Part shown: one piece after another, positions 20,788 to 30,723 of the stretch
Position numbering within the stretch: the first letter of the stretch is position 1
Layout of the letters: each line of letters opens with the position of its first letter
From: Thermoproteota archaeon
Lineage (GTDB): Archaea > Korarchaeota > Korarchaeia > Korarchaeales > JAOZGB01
Direction of reading: 5' to 3'
DNA: 64,000 nt
NCBI GenBank assembly: GCA_037917685.1
Contig: JAVCBU010000011.1
Span: 77,489-141,488, forward strand
Position numbers and translations under genes: made by a program
The notes under the pieces: model-generated
What the model saw: only the letters and a program-made list of their open reading frames with translations
Database searches by the model: none
What the model was told of the DNA's origin: nothing

Positions 20788-21309
20788 TTACGTGGATATC
20801 GCCTTTGATATTGCATAGGCTATCAGCCCATATATGGCTCCGCTGGCGGCTGCTAGGAAGATTAGAACCGTGAAGACTCTCGGCGGGTAGACTGATCCCC
20901 ATAGGAGAATGTCTAGTATTATTGAGGGGATTGACGGGAGGGCCCCGGATACTGCCGCCTCCGCCCTGCCGAACCTTTTATAGCGTGTAGCTATATATGG
21001 GATTTCTGAAAATAGACCCTGAAACCCTGCGTATATTAGCCCTGAGAAGCCGCCTATCTGGGGCATTATGGATTCTACGAAGCCGGCCAGTAATTCTCCA
21101 AGGAACGCTGCCAGGGGCTTTTTGATGATGCTTGCAGCCAGGGGTGCAGCCATGTACCAAATACCGTAGGTTAGAAGTACCGCAACCAGCTTGCCTCCTA
21201 CCGCCTTAATTGCGTAGTATGGCGTCCATGCATATGTAAATACAGCTCCGAATATGGCTGCTATCACGGCTAGGATTGCGAGGTCTACAGTTGTATATCT
21301 TAACTCCAC
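20788..21309 (-). CDS. ECF transporter S component (YkoE-like, possibly thiamine/HMP)
   Basis: Hydrophobic 173 aa with YGIWYMA, AAFLGELLAG and QGLFSE; follows the ECF A and T genes. Confidence 0.75.
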   Translation of the reverse strand: MELRYTTVDLAILAVIAAIFGAVFTYAWTPYYAIKAVGGKLVAVLLTYGIWYMAAPLAASIIKKPLAAFLGELLAGFVESIMPQIGGFSGLIYAGFQGLFSEIPYIATRYKRFGRAEAAVSGALPSIPSIILDILLWGSVYPPRVFTVLIFLAAASGAIYGLIAYAISKAIST

Positions 21310-21355
21310 GGTATCACCATGAATTTTAGGCTGACTTTTACTTTAAATCATACGT

Positions 21356-22084
21356 TTATATTCTCCCTATAATGTATGCTATTGAAAGCTGGAATACGAG
21401 CAACATTAGAAGGTACATGTCTAGAGGGAAGGGTTTAAGTATCTTCCTTACGGGTTTCCTATACCTGAACCCTCTTAGCTCGGTGGCGATGCCCATCCAT
21501 TTACCCCTTTGTATTCCCAGGCTGAATAGGGGGGTCAGTAAAGACCTCCAGTCTGAAGGCGTGACAGGTGTCTCCCTTAGGCCTCTACTTCTCCTAATCA
21601 GTCTAATCTCATGTATATCCTTCTCAAATATCGAAAGAAGCCTTAGTGAGAGAGCTACCATAAAGGATGCCTCTTTAGGCATCCAAAGTTCGGCCTCTAG
21701 AGATTTTAGGAGGAGCCTAGGGTTTGTAAGGCTTGAGAATATAAGGCTTGCAGAGAGCATTATGCCCAGCCGGAGGCTTACATCAGCGAAGCCGTAGAGG
21801 GCTCCGGACCTAATCTTTAATGGTCCGACGCTGGCTAACGGGGTTCCCCTGGCAAATATAAGGGCATTTATTAAAACTCCTAAAAGGCTTACGAAGAAAG
21901 GTACTAGAAATAGCTTGAACTTTTCGTATCCGACAACTATGCCTATCGGGAGGTTTACTGCTAAAATTAGGATGAGAGACCTTATATCTCTGAATACGAA
22001 GGCTGAAATTGTTAGGGACAGGCTGTATAGGAAAAGTATCGACGGGCTCAGTATTTCTGTCCTACGCATATTTCTCACTCTCAT
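21356..22084 (-). CDS. ECF transporter T component
   Basis: TM protein with the two Arg motifs SRG and ELRGF. Confidence 0.85.
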   Translation of the reverse strand: MRVRNMRRTEILSPSILFLYSLSLTISAFVFRDIRSLILILAVNLPIGIVVGYEKFKLFLVPFFVSLLGVLINALIFARGTPLASVGPLKIRSGALYGFADVSLRLGIMLSASLIFSSLTNPRLLLKSLEAELWMPKEASFMVALSLRLLSIFEKDIHEIRLIRRSRGLRETPVTPSDWRSLLTPLFSLGIQRGKWMGIATELRGFRYRKPVRKILKPFPLDMYLLMLLVFQLSIAYIIGRI

Positions 22085-23495
22085 CTATAGGTTTCGCTAG
22101 ATATTCTGCAGCTTCCTTTTCCTCTACTTTAAAGGCCGCCCCTCTCTTCAGCAAATATATTTCATCAGCTACCTTTAACACTCTCTCGTCATGGGTTAGA
22201 AGCAAGGCAGTTCCACCTCTCCCTTTAAATCTATTAAGCCATGAGAAAAGATCCCTAACAAGGAACGGGTCTAAACCAGATGTGGCCTCGTCTAAGACTA
22301 CAATTTTAGAATTGTAAACTGACGCTAGAAGATAGGAGAGCATCCTCTTCTGCCCGTAGCTGAGTGTGTAGGGGGAGGAGTCCATAAGCGTGTTGAACTC
22401 CGGATAAGAGGTTTGCACCATCTCACGCCAGTTAACCCCGCTGTGTTTAGATGCAAGTTTAAACTCGTCCTTTACACTGCTTGTTACAAACATGTAAGTA
22501 GGCTCCTGGGGAAGGTAGATCACCAGCTTAAGGAGCTCTTTAGACTTAAGAAGCCATGGTTCACGCCCGTACACCAGGACTTTACCCATTACTGGCTTGT
22601 ACAGGCCAGCCACGATTTTACCAAGTGTTGTCTTTCCGGATCCGTTAGCCCCCACAATCGCATATATACACCCAGCTTTAAGCTTCATGGATAAGCCTTT
22701 GATTACAAAGGGGTAGGTTTCCTTGTATCTGAACCATACGTCTTCAATTATACAGGAATATCTCTCGTCACACTTCCCCCTCATACGTGGAGACTTTAAT
22801 ATTTTAGTGTACCGTTCTAGGTGTCTACGTCCAAATTTCAGAGTTCCGTCTTCTACCACTGCGATTTTATCAGCAAGATTCATAAACTTCTCAGGCTTAT
22901 GCTCTGTGATAATAATGGCTACACCCTTTCTTTTCATCTGCGAGACTTGAGAAATTATCTCTGAGACAGCCCATGGGTCGAGATTCGCCGTCGGCTCGTC
23001 GATAATTAGAAGCTTGGGCTGATGCACTGTAGAAGATGCCAGGCAAAGCCTTTTCTTCTCACCTCCCGAGAGCTCTTCGACATCCCTCTCAGCCGCCCCG
23101 TGTAGCCCGTATCTTTCAAGGATTTTATAACCCTCCTCCAGGGAGTTCTCAAACCCCATATTTTCGAGGGTGAATGTTACCTCGTCGATGGGGGTCTGCA
23201 TAGCTATTTGGAGCTCGTGAGATTGAAGTACAACCCCAACTATTCTTGGAATAGCCGTAAAACCTTCGGGTTTAAGAGGGTCTACACCAAATACTTTTAC
23301 ATCGCCTTCCACGTATCCGTTAAGAAGATGGACTAGAACGCCTGTCAAAGCTAGTATCAAGGTTGATTTTCCCGAGCCAGTTTTACCAGCGATAAGCAAG
23401 ACTTCGCCCTTTCCAATGTTAAGCTCAACGTTCTTTAGTATAGGCTTATTTGCCGTATAACCCGCTGACCTTATACTTGCTGTTACTGTTTTCAA
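22062..23495 (-). CDS. ECF transporter fused double ATPase
   Basis: Two ABC domains: GKTGSGKS/LSGGE/IDEP and GANGSGKT/LSYGQ/LDEA. Confidence 0.92.
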   Translation of the reverse strand: MKTVTASIRSAGYTANKPILKNVELNIGKGEVLLIAGKTGSGKSTLILALTGVLVHLLNGYVEGDVKVFGVDPLKPEGFTAIPRIVGVVLQSHELQIAMQTPIDEVTFTLENMGFENSLEEGYKILERYGLHGAAERDVEELSGGEKKRLCLASSTVHQPKLLIIDEPTANLDPWAVSEIISQVSQMKRKGVAIIITEHKPEKFMNLADKIAVVEDGTLKFGRRHLERYTKILKSPRMRGKCDERYSCIIEDVWFRYKETYPFVIKGLSMKLKAGCIYAIVGANGSGKTTLGKIVAGLYKPVMGKVLVYGREPWLLKSKELLKLVIYLPQEPTYMFVTSSVKDEFKLASKHSGVNWREMVQTSYPEFNTLMDSSPYTLSYGQKRMLSYLLASVYNSKIVVLDEATSGLDPFLVRDLFSWLNRFKGRGGTALLLTHDERVLKVADEIYLLKRGAAFKVEEKEAAEYLAKPIDESEKYA

Positions 23496-23508
23496 CTATG
23501 CTGACACC

Positions 23509-24810
23509 CTACCCGTAAGTATAGGTTGGAAGGAAGCCCCACGCCTCCCTGCCAGTCTCCTTGAATCCAAGAAACTTCTTAATTCGCCTAGCCTGATGGC
23601 CTACGGCTAAAGGCGGGCAGCCCGGCACGTATAGAGCTTTCTCTCTAAGCTGCCAGAAAACCCTATGCTTAGTTGAGAAAAGGGCACAGTCTCCCCATAC
23701 AATGGGCAAACCTAGGTCTAGAAGGCTTTCAGGATCATCGGGAACAGCAGGATCGAGCCCCATTATGAAAACGAGTTTCCCAGCTTTCTCTGGAACTTTT
23801 TCGAGGATTCCTTCACCCCTCAAAGCGTAGAGGGTAAATTTGGCCCAGGCCTTGCATGCACGGCATGTACCCCCCTCTAACACTATAATATTTGGAAATA
23901 TTCCCTCTATAATCTCGCAGGAAGCTCTCTTAAGCCTCTTTCTGACATTGCTGATGGGTTCACCCAACACCTCTATCTTCTCAAGGTTTGCTTCACCCAA
24001 GCCCTGGCTGTACGCGATACCTATAGGTCCAATCTCCCTAATTGGATGGTCAAACCCCATCACTGCTGCCCCAACAGCATCCGTAGCTACGGGGTCATCT
24101 CCTGCGAGGAGGACACCCATATCCACGGGATCGCCGTAGATTGGGCCGTCTCCCTCCATAGCTTTAAGCCCGTCTACAATGCACAGTTTAACCTTGTCTC
24201 GGACAGCCTTCAATATATCTACAAGCTTCTGCCAAAGGTCGCTTCTATGGTGTTTCAATCTGTCAGTAAGCGGGTCAACAAGAGCGTGTAAATCTTTAAT
24301 ACAAAGTGTTACTCCTCCTCCCTCCATACTGCATTTCATCACTGGTATAGGGATTATAACGTCTGCCCTTAAAGCTTCATCCGCAATTTTCGCCTCTCTA
24401 AGAAGTATTCCTCCTGGAATCTTTACCTTGGTATAGTGTCTTCCACTCTCATCCTCAAATGGGGAAACCTCGCAGCCAACCTCCCCCGCAACACGGTATG
24501 CACCCACAAGTAATAGTACATCCTTGCTTGTCATCTCCTCACGCCAAAGCAATGTCATAGCAGCCGTCCCCTCTCCTATAACAGGTTTACCTCCCGCACC
24601 CTTCACAAGCTTTGCAACAGCCTTTACAACCCTTATGTCGGTTGTTGTAGGCGGAGGGGCGGGCCTCACAAAGTTAGGTTTCAGCAGTACGCGATCCCCG
24701 GCTTTAACATAGTTTTCTATCCCGCCTACCAGGTCTACAGCATGCTTCAGAGCTCTGAATATTTCATCTTCGCTACGGCCATTCGCCTTTACAATTGAGA
24801 CCCTGGTCAT
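23509..24810 (-). CDS. DUF362 domain protein with a C-terminal Cys-containing extension
   Basis: VLLKPN, DGLKAMEGDGP and DPVATD; C-terminal CRAC, GDC and PGCPP. Confidence 0.85.
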   Translation of the reverse strand: MTRVSIVKANGRSEDEIFRALKHAVDLVGGIENYVKAGDRVLLKPNFVRPAPPPTTTDIRVVKAVAKLVKGAGGKPVIGEGTAAMTLLWREEMTSKDVLLLVGAYRVAGEVGCEVSPFEDESGRHYTKVKIPGGILLREAKIADEALRADVIIPIPVMKCSMEGGGVTLCIKDLHALVDPLTDRLKHHRSDLWQKLVDILKAVRDKVKLCIVDGLKAMEGDGPIYGDPVDMGVLLAGDDPVATDAVGAAVMGFDHPIREIGPIGIAYSQGLGEANLEKIEVLGEPISNVRKRLKRASCEIIEGIFPNIIVLEGGTCRACKAWAKFTLYALRGEGILEKVPEKAGKLVFIMGLDPAVPDDPESLLDLGLPIVWGDCALFSTKHRVFWQLREKALYVPGCPPLAVGHQARRIKKFLGFKETGREAWGFLPTYTYG

Positions 24811-24822
24811 TAGTTTCCCCCT

Positions 24823-24996
24823 TTAGGTTATGATAGGCTCCTTGTAGCCCTCAATAAAGTATTTAATGGCTTCTTCGAACAGTTGAGAAACACTGTTTAT
24901 ACCTATCTCCCTTAGCTTTGGATTGTTCTCCTCGTAGAACTTTAAAGCTATGCTGTAAATCTCCTCTGGTACCTCTATCTTAACTTTTCCGGTCAA
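24823..24996 (-). CDS. Small ribbon-helix-helix-like protein (57 aa, absent from the ORF track)
   Basis: Translated by hand from TTG: MTGKVKIEVPEEIYSIALKFYEENNPKLREIGINSVSQLFEEAIKYFIEGYKEPIIT*; GGTG RBS-like sequence upstream. Confidence 0.65.
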   Translation of the reverse strand: MTGKVKIEVPEEIYSIALKFYEENNPKLREIGINSVSQLFEEAIKYFIEGYKEPIIT

Positions 24997-25060
24997 GTGT
25001 TCACACCACTGTGAATTACGGATGCCAATTCTTAAAAGAATGAGGTTCCATGATAGGTTG

Positions 25061-25207
25061 ATGGGAGAGATATACGTAGATTCAGAGTTGTGGAAAGAAT
25101 ATAAGAAGATTGTAGAGGAACTTGGCCATAAACCTGAGAATCTCCTCCCCTTTGTCCTAGAAAAATACCTTAGACATCTGAGAAGGAAGGTTAGTATTGA
25201 TCATTAA
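25061..25207 (+). CDS. Small ribbon-helix-helix-like protein
   Basis: MGEIYVDSELWKEYKKIVEELGHKPENLLPFVLEKYL fits the strand-helix-G-helix pattern; AGGTTG upstream. Confidence 0.55.
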   Translation: MGEIYVDSELWKEYKKIVEELGHKPENLLPFVLEKYLRHLRRKVSIDH

Positions 25208-25254
25208 CTCCTTATAAGTTGCTACATCTTTAACTCCTTATAAGTTGCTACATC
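25204..25254 (+). repeat. Perfect 25-bp direct repeat, two copies, 26-bp period
   Basis: TTAACTCCTTATAAGTTGCTACATC at 25204-25228 and 25230-25254; contains the palindrome CTTATAAG. Confidence 0.95.
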
Positions 25255-25409
25255 AAGAATGGTTTAACATTCCCTTATCGTCGGGTAGGGTATAGGAAGG
25301 TTTGAATATTCGGTTTCAGCAGATCAAACATTTCTAGGAAGGGTAGATCTAAATTTCACACCTATGCTGATGAACCTATATTTTTAAGTGTTCTTATCCG
25401 ACGATTGCT

Positions 25410-27212
25410 GTGTTCGGTAACACTGGTAGAATATTACGTATAGACCTCTCATCTGGTATATGTAGAGTCATCGAGCCTAAGCTTGAAGAATATGTGAGAT
25501 TCATAGGTGGGAGAGGCTTATCGATAAAACTGCTCTATGAAATGGCTGAGCCAGGTGTCGATCCGCTGTCACCAGGAAACCCTCTAATATTTATGGCTGG
25601 ACCCCTTACCGGCTCATCTATACCCTACACTTCAAGGATAGCTGTTGTTACGAAGTCTCCACAGACAGGCTTCTACAATAGGTCTATGGCGGGTGGAAGG
25701 TTTCCGGCATGGCTGAAACAGGCCGGCTATGATGGTGTAGTATTAAGTGGAGCCTCGGACAGCTGGATTTACATATTTATTTCCGGAGAAGGCTGTGAGA
25801 TAAAGGATGCTGGCAGGCTTAGAGGCTTGAGTACTAGTGAAACGATAAAGGCTTTGAAAGAAACCCATGGCAATAGGGTATCAGTTGCGTGTATAGGCCA
25901 GGCAGGCGAAAACCTCGTAAACTATGCAAATATCCGGTTTGACATGCACAATTTCGCAGGTAGGGCAGGCGCCGGCTGTGTGATGGGCTCTAAGAAGGTT
26001 AAAGCCATAGTGGTAGAGAAGGGTGAAGGTAGATACAAGCCTAGAGATGTAGAGATGGTTAAAGATATTGCCTTGGAGCTTAACAGGAGAATCAGAGAAG
26101 CCGGTATGGAGAGTTTCAGGAGATATGGCACAGCACAGACTTTACTATTGACGAACGAGCTCGGGGTACTGCCTACTAGGAACTTTCAGACAGGGGTATA
26201 TGAGCACGCTGAGAATCTATCTCACCTGGCACTTTACAAGTATTACAGTTTTTCAATAGGCTGCTACGCCTGCCCTGTAGGATGTAAGAAGGCTTACATG
26301 TTCGAGAATACTGTCTATGGGCCTGAATATGAAAGCCTAGCAATGTTGGGGCCTAACCTTGGGATGAAGGATGTGTCTCAGGTTGCAATACTTAATAATC
26401 TCTGCAATGAGTATGGTATGGATACCATATCAACAGGTGGAACCCTCGCCTTCGTCATGGAGTACTGCCAGAAAAACCCGGAGAAGGCTCCTGTCAAGCT
26501 ACTATTTGGCGACTTTGAATCTGCTAAGAAGGCGATTGAGGATATAGCTTACAGGCGAAACTTCGGAAATATGATGGCCCAGGGTGCTGCTTATCTCTCC
26601 ACAATACTTCCAAAGTCGGAAGGCTACGCTGCCCACGTTAAGGGACTTGAAATGCCTGCGTACGACCCTAGGGGGCTTCAAGGCTTCGGCCTTGCCTATG
26701 CAATTTCCCCCCGTGGAGCCTGCCATAACACCTACTCCATGTATAGGGCGGAGGTCTCGCCTGGCAGGGAAACCGACAGGTTTAGTACAGAGGGGAAGAC
26801 CAAGGTCATTAGAAGATGGGCTATTAACTATGCAATCTATGAGATGCTTGTATTCTGTAGTTTTGGCCGGGGCCTCGTAGACAGAGAATTTCTCACCTCA
26901 GCTCTCAGACATGCAACAGACATTGACTACACTGTGGATAATGTTGTAGAGGCCGCGTTGAGGGTGATAACCCTTGAAAGATTATATAACATTAGAGAGG
27001 GGTTAAAACCATGGATGGATACGCTTCCATCGAGGTTTCTGGAGGAGCCCATGCCGGAGGGTCCAGCAAGAGGTATGACGGTTAAGCTCTGGGATATGCT
27101 GGGAGAGGCATATGCAGAGTTTGGCTGGGATGAGAACGGTATTCCAAGTGATGAAACCTTGAGGATGCTTGGCCTGGCGGAGTATAAGCCTAGATATCAC
27201 TCTCTATCATGA
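25410..27212 (+). CDS. aor: Aldehyde:ferredoxin oxidoreductase family (tungsten-pterin) enzyme
   Basis: IGGRG, KSPQTG, AGRAGAGCVMGSK, CYACPVGC, GPEYE, GMDTIS, YDPR and RGACH. Confidence 0.93.
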   Translation: MFGNTGRILRIDLSSGICRVIEPKLEEYVRFIGGRGLSIKLLYEMAEPGVDPLSPGNPLIFMAGPLTGSSIPYTSRIAVVTKSPQTGFYNRSMAGGRFPAWLKQAGYDGVVLSGASDSWIYIFISGEGCEIKDAGRLRGLSTSETIKALKETHGNRVSVACIGQAGENLVNYANIRFDMHNFAGRAGAGCVMGSKKVKAIVVEKGEGRYKPRDVEMVKDIALELNRRIREAGMESFRRYGTAQTLLLTNELGVLPTRNFQTGVYEHAENLSHLALYKYYSFSIGCYACPVGCKKAYMFENTVYGPEYESLAMLGPNLGMKDVSQVAILNNLCNEYGMDTISTGGTLAFVMEYCQKNPEKAPVKLLFGDFESAKKAIEDIAYRRNFGNMMAQGAAYLSTILPKSEGYAAHVKGLEMPAYDPRGLQGFGLAYAISPRGACHNTYSMYRAEVSPGRETDRFSTEGKTKVIRRWAINYAIYEMLVFCSFGRGLVDREFLTSALRHATDIDYTVDNVVEAALRVITLERLYNIREGLKPWMDTLPSRFLEEPMPEGPARGMTVKLWDMLGEAYAEFGWDENGIPSDETLRMLGLAEYKPRYHSLS

Positions 27213-27830
27213 AGTAAGCCTATCTAAAGCCTTCTCGAGGGCTTTACCATGCCTCCATCGATAGTATAAATGATATAATATCTTAGATGCAAGCTTTATA
27301 GTTGAAGCCTTGTTCTGAGCCCACTTGTCAATGTTCTGCCTCCAGCATTCACCTATGATTTCCCATTGAACCTCAGCAAGGGCTTTTGTATCAGCGTTTC
27401 TACTGTTTTCAAGGTTTCAAGGTTTCCATCGCATCTTCAACTCTCTCCCCGGGCATGCCTACTATGATGGTTGCAAGGGGGAAGATACCTGAACTGTTTA
27501 GGGTTTGTATAGCTTCCTTGACAACTACAGGCCATTCTTCAGGCCTGTAGGGTTTGGGTTTCCCAGCCATGCACCTCTTCATCAGGCGTGGACTGCCGGT
27601 TTCAATTCCAACCTCGAAAGTTGCGTACGCCCTTCCATTTCTCCTCCACATAGAGTAGTCTACTAGGATGTCACCCATCATTTCTGTGAGCTTGTCGTCC
27701 CATGCCGCCAGGGCAAGGGCTGCATGCGCAACCTGGATGTACTCTAAACCTTCAAGTCTAGATATGCTTGAAAATAGCTCGACCAATGCTTTCCTTAGCA
27801 CCCCTAGAGGGATTGGAAATCCCGCGGCGG
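27207..27830 (-). pseudogene. Remnant of a radical SAM protein (C-terminal parts only)
   Basis: EVGIETGSPRL and TIIVGMPGE motifs but no CxxxCxxC; frame broken near an 8-bp duplication at 27407-27422; tail EVQWEIIGECWRQN...LTS* in another frame. Confidence 0.7.
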
Positions 27831-28733
27831 CTATTTCTTCCCTGCTAATTTCTCCTTTAAGGCCATGATTGTTAAGATCATGGACAGTGTCCCACCTATA
27901 ACCCCTATAATCTTATGGTATTTTGAGATAAGACTCTCCTCCTTTACTATTTCAATCGCGTATTGAACGTCAGGCTTAAATGTTCTCGGTTCGCTCCATT
28001 CGCCATTTTTCCAAAACTGATATTCGATTATAGCTGTACAGTTATACCATCCCTCCGTAGCGGTCTTTGACACTGTGAACTCTGCCGGGCCTAAGGTAAA
28101 TTCTGATCCAGGTAAGACCACTCTCCCATCATCTACGAATTCGTAAGTGTTCTTTGGGAGCCAGCCAGCTCCAACACCATAGGATACTATTTTCACTCGG
28201 GTGTTCATGTTGTTTTTAACATTCATGATATAATGCACCAGCCCCCCAGCCGGAAAAGTAGTAGTCTTGTCTAGAATTTCCCATGTGACAGTGAAGGGTT
28301 CGGTCACGGTTAGGTAATATATTTCCGTATCCCAGGTGTCTTTGACTATTTCTCCATTACTGTACCACGCATAGTCAACCTCCAGGTAATAGCTGTTCTC
28401 GCCGGGAACCGCTGTGTCGGGTACTTCAAAACGGATTTCACCAAGACTTCTTTCCTCTCCAACATCTACATGAACAGGGCTGTTGGAATAGTCAATCTGG
28501 AAGAAGTATCCTTCACTTTCCCATTGGAAGTGCACCCCGATCCATATCACATAAAATGGAATCTCTCCGTCGTTACTTATACTTATGGTGATCTCACCCT
28601 GGTCTCCCTGCGCATAGGATGAGTAGTCGAAAACCCAGTAAAGCGTGAATTCGGGCTCTATTTGGAAGGAGATTTGTATGGACAATGGAAGTATAACAAG
28701 CAGTGGGAGAAGGGGTCTCATAGTTATGATCAA
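27831..28733 (-). CDS. Secreted, C-terminally anchored protein with probable Ig-like beta domains
   Basis: N-terminal signal-like segment, two similar beta-rich units and a C-terminal TM helix followed by basic residues. Confidence 0.7.
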   Translation of the reverse strand: MIITMRPLLPLLVILPLSIQISFQIEPEFTLYWVFDYSSYAQGDQGEITISISNDGEIPFYVIWIGVHFQWESEGYFFQIDYSNSPVHVDVGEERSLGEIRFEVPDTAVPGENSYYLEVDYAWYSNGEIVKDTWDTEIYYLTVTEPFTVTWEILDKTTTFPAGGLVHYIMNVKNNMNTRVKIVSYGVGAGWLPKNTYEFVDDGRVVLPGSEFTLGPAEFTVSKTATEGWYNCTAIIEYQFWKNGEWSEPRTFKPDVQYAIEIVKEESLISKYHKIIGVIGGTLSMILTIMALKEKLAGKK

Positions 28734-28824
28734 CTCGGCATTAAATTATAACTTTAACTTGCTAAGGAGTCCTAGTTCTAGTAGGTTTTAAATTGTTTCA
28801 ATAGGTCTGACCTTCAGATGTAAA

Positions 28825-30723
28825 TTGCACCCTGTTCTATCACCTGAAGGGGTTAGAATCGCCCTTCTAGGGAACGAGGCCATTGTTAGAGGAGCTTTGG
28901 AGGCAGGTTTATCGGTGGCTGCAGCCTATCCCGGCACACCCTCCACCGAGATAGGGGAAACCCTGTCTAAAATCGCTGAAGAATCGGGAGTGTATTTTGA
29001 ATGGTCGGCTAACGAGAAGGTGGCTACAGAGGTAGCTGCAGCGGCTGCATGGTCGGGGCTGAGGAGTATGACTATGATGAAGCATGTGGGCTTCAACGTA
29101 GCTAGTGACGCCATATTCACGCTGGCATACGCCGGGGTGAAGGCTGGAATGGTTATAGTCTCCGCTGATGATCCCTCGGCCCATTCAAGCCAGAACGAAC
29201 AGGATAATAGATACTACGCTTTATCCACCTATCTCCCAATGCTCGAGCCATCAAACTCGCAAGAAGCTAAGGACATGACTAAGGATGCATTCGAACTCTC
29301 AGAAAGGTATAAAGTGCCATTCATCATTAGGACAACTACGAGGCTTAGCCATAGTCGCTGGCCGGTTCTAACAGGCCCACTTGAAAAAGGCAGGGGACTC
29401 GGGTATTTCACGCCTGAAAACTGGGATGACTACCTACAGGTTGGAGCTATAGCGAGAAAACACCATAGGAGACTACTAGAAACAGTTTCAAGGATAGAGA
29501 GGGAGCTTTCAGCTGACCAAAGATTTAACAGGGTTGAGGGGGACGGTAAACTTGGAATCCTAACATCAGGCGTCAGCTATAACTATGTCTACGAGGCTCT
29601 CAGGGTTCTCAATGTTGAAGCAAGGATATTGAAGATGGGCTTAACCTACCCGGTGAGCTTCAAGATCCTCGGCGAGTTCCTCGAAGGGCTTGACCAGGTG
29701 ATAGTGGTTGAAGAGCTGGAGCCGTATCTTGAAATGAACCTGATGGCAGCATCAAAGGAGTATAACCCTGAGGTTAGGATTTACGGCAAGTTGTCAGGAC
29801 ACTTCCCAAGGGTTGCCGAGTACACCCCGCTAATAGTGGTCGAAGGAATAGCCAACATTCTAGGAGCATCTATTCCAAAAGACATAGGGCTTAACCCGAT
29901 GTATGGGAGTGTTGAAGCCATGGTTCCACCAAGGCCGCCGGTTCTCTGTCCCGGCTGCCCCCATAGGGCTACAGGGTACGTGCTTAGGAAGGTAACCAGA
30001 AAGCGTAAAGACACGATCTTCGTTGGGGATATAGGCTGCTACGCCCTACTCTTCCAGAAGCCCTTTCAAGTCGAGCATATAACACATGCCATGGGGTCAT
30101 CTATAGGTTTTGCAAATGGCTTCAGCCAGTCTACCAGGCAGCCTATAGTTGCACTCATAGGAGACTCAACCTTCTTCCACGCAGGTATCCCAGCCCTGGT
30201 TAACGCTGTCCACAATAAGCATAGATTTCTCACCTTAATCCTTGACAACAGGATCACAGCTATGACTGGACACCAGTCACACCCGGGGGTTCCCTACGAT
30301 GCAATGGGCAGGAAAGCACCAGCCTTAGATGTGGAGGCCCTCGTAAAATCTCTTGGAGTGGAATATGTCAAAACAGTTGACCCTTACGACTTTAAAAAGC
30401 TTGAGGATGCCATTAAAGGGGGATTAGAACATGATGGTGCATCCGTTGTTATAGCTAGACGTGAATGCGCCCTCCTAACAGTTGGTAGGCTCAGAAAGGT
30501 GGGTAAGAAGATAATTCCCTACAGGGTAAACCCTGAAAAGTGCACTCACTGCAGAGTTTGTATCTCAACGTACTCCTGCCCAGCATTCAAGGATACAGGG
30601 GAAAAAGTTGAGATAGACCCGGCGGTATGTTTCGGATGCGGATCATGTGTCCCCGTATGTCCATTCAATGCTATAGAACCTTCGGAGGGAGCAAAGCCAT
30701 GGTTTAAAGGTGATGATAAATGA
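28825..30723 (+). CDS. iorA: Indolepyruvate:ferredoxin oxidoreductase alpha subunit
   Basis: LGNEAI, YPGTPSTE, KHVGFNVA, HSSQNEQDNR, CPGCPHR, GDSTFFH and a C-terminal ferredoxin domain. Confidence 0.96.
   Translation: MHPVLSPEGVRIALLGNEAIVRGALEAGLSVAAAYPGTPSTEIGETLSKIAEESGVYFEWSANEKVATEVAAAAAWSGLRSMTMMKHVGFNVASDAIFTLAYAGVKAGMVIVSADDPSAHSSQNEQDNRYYALSTYLPMLEPSNSQEAKDMTKDAFELSERYKVPFIIRTTTRLSHSRWPVLTGPLEKGRGLGYFTPENWDDYLQVGAIARKHHRRLLETVSRIERELSADQRFNRVEGDGKLGILTSGVSYNYVYEALRVLNVEARILKMGLTYPVSFKILGEFLEGLDQVIVVEELEPYLEMNLMAASKEYNPEVRIYGKLSGHFPRVAEYTPLIVVEGIANILGASIPKDIGLNPMYGSVEAMVPPRPPVLCPGCPHRATGYVLRKVTRKRKDTIFVGDIGCYALLFQKPFQVEHITHAMGSSIGFANGFSQSTRQPIVALIGDSTFFHAGIPALVNAVHNKHRFLTLILDNRITAMTGHQSHPGVPYDAMGRKAPALDVEALVKSLGVEYVKTVDPYDFKKLEDAIKGGLEHDGASVVIARRECALLTVGRLRKVGKKIIPYRVNPEKCTHCRVCISTYSCPAFKDTGEKVEIDPAVCFGCGSCVPVCPFNAIEPSEGAKPWFKGDDK

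Noticed and set aside
24811-25060. TPP riboswitch upstream of the ECF operon
   Set aside because: No TPP aptamer consensus is visible, and most of the region is a small ORF.
25204-25254. Mini CRISPR array
   Set aside because: The two copies are separated by only one base.
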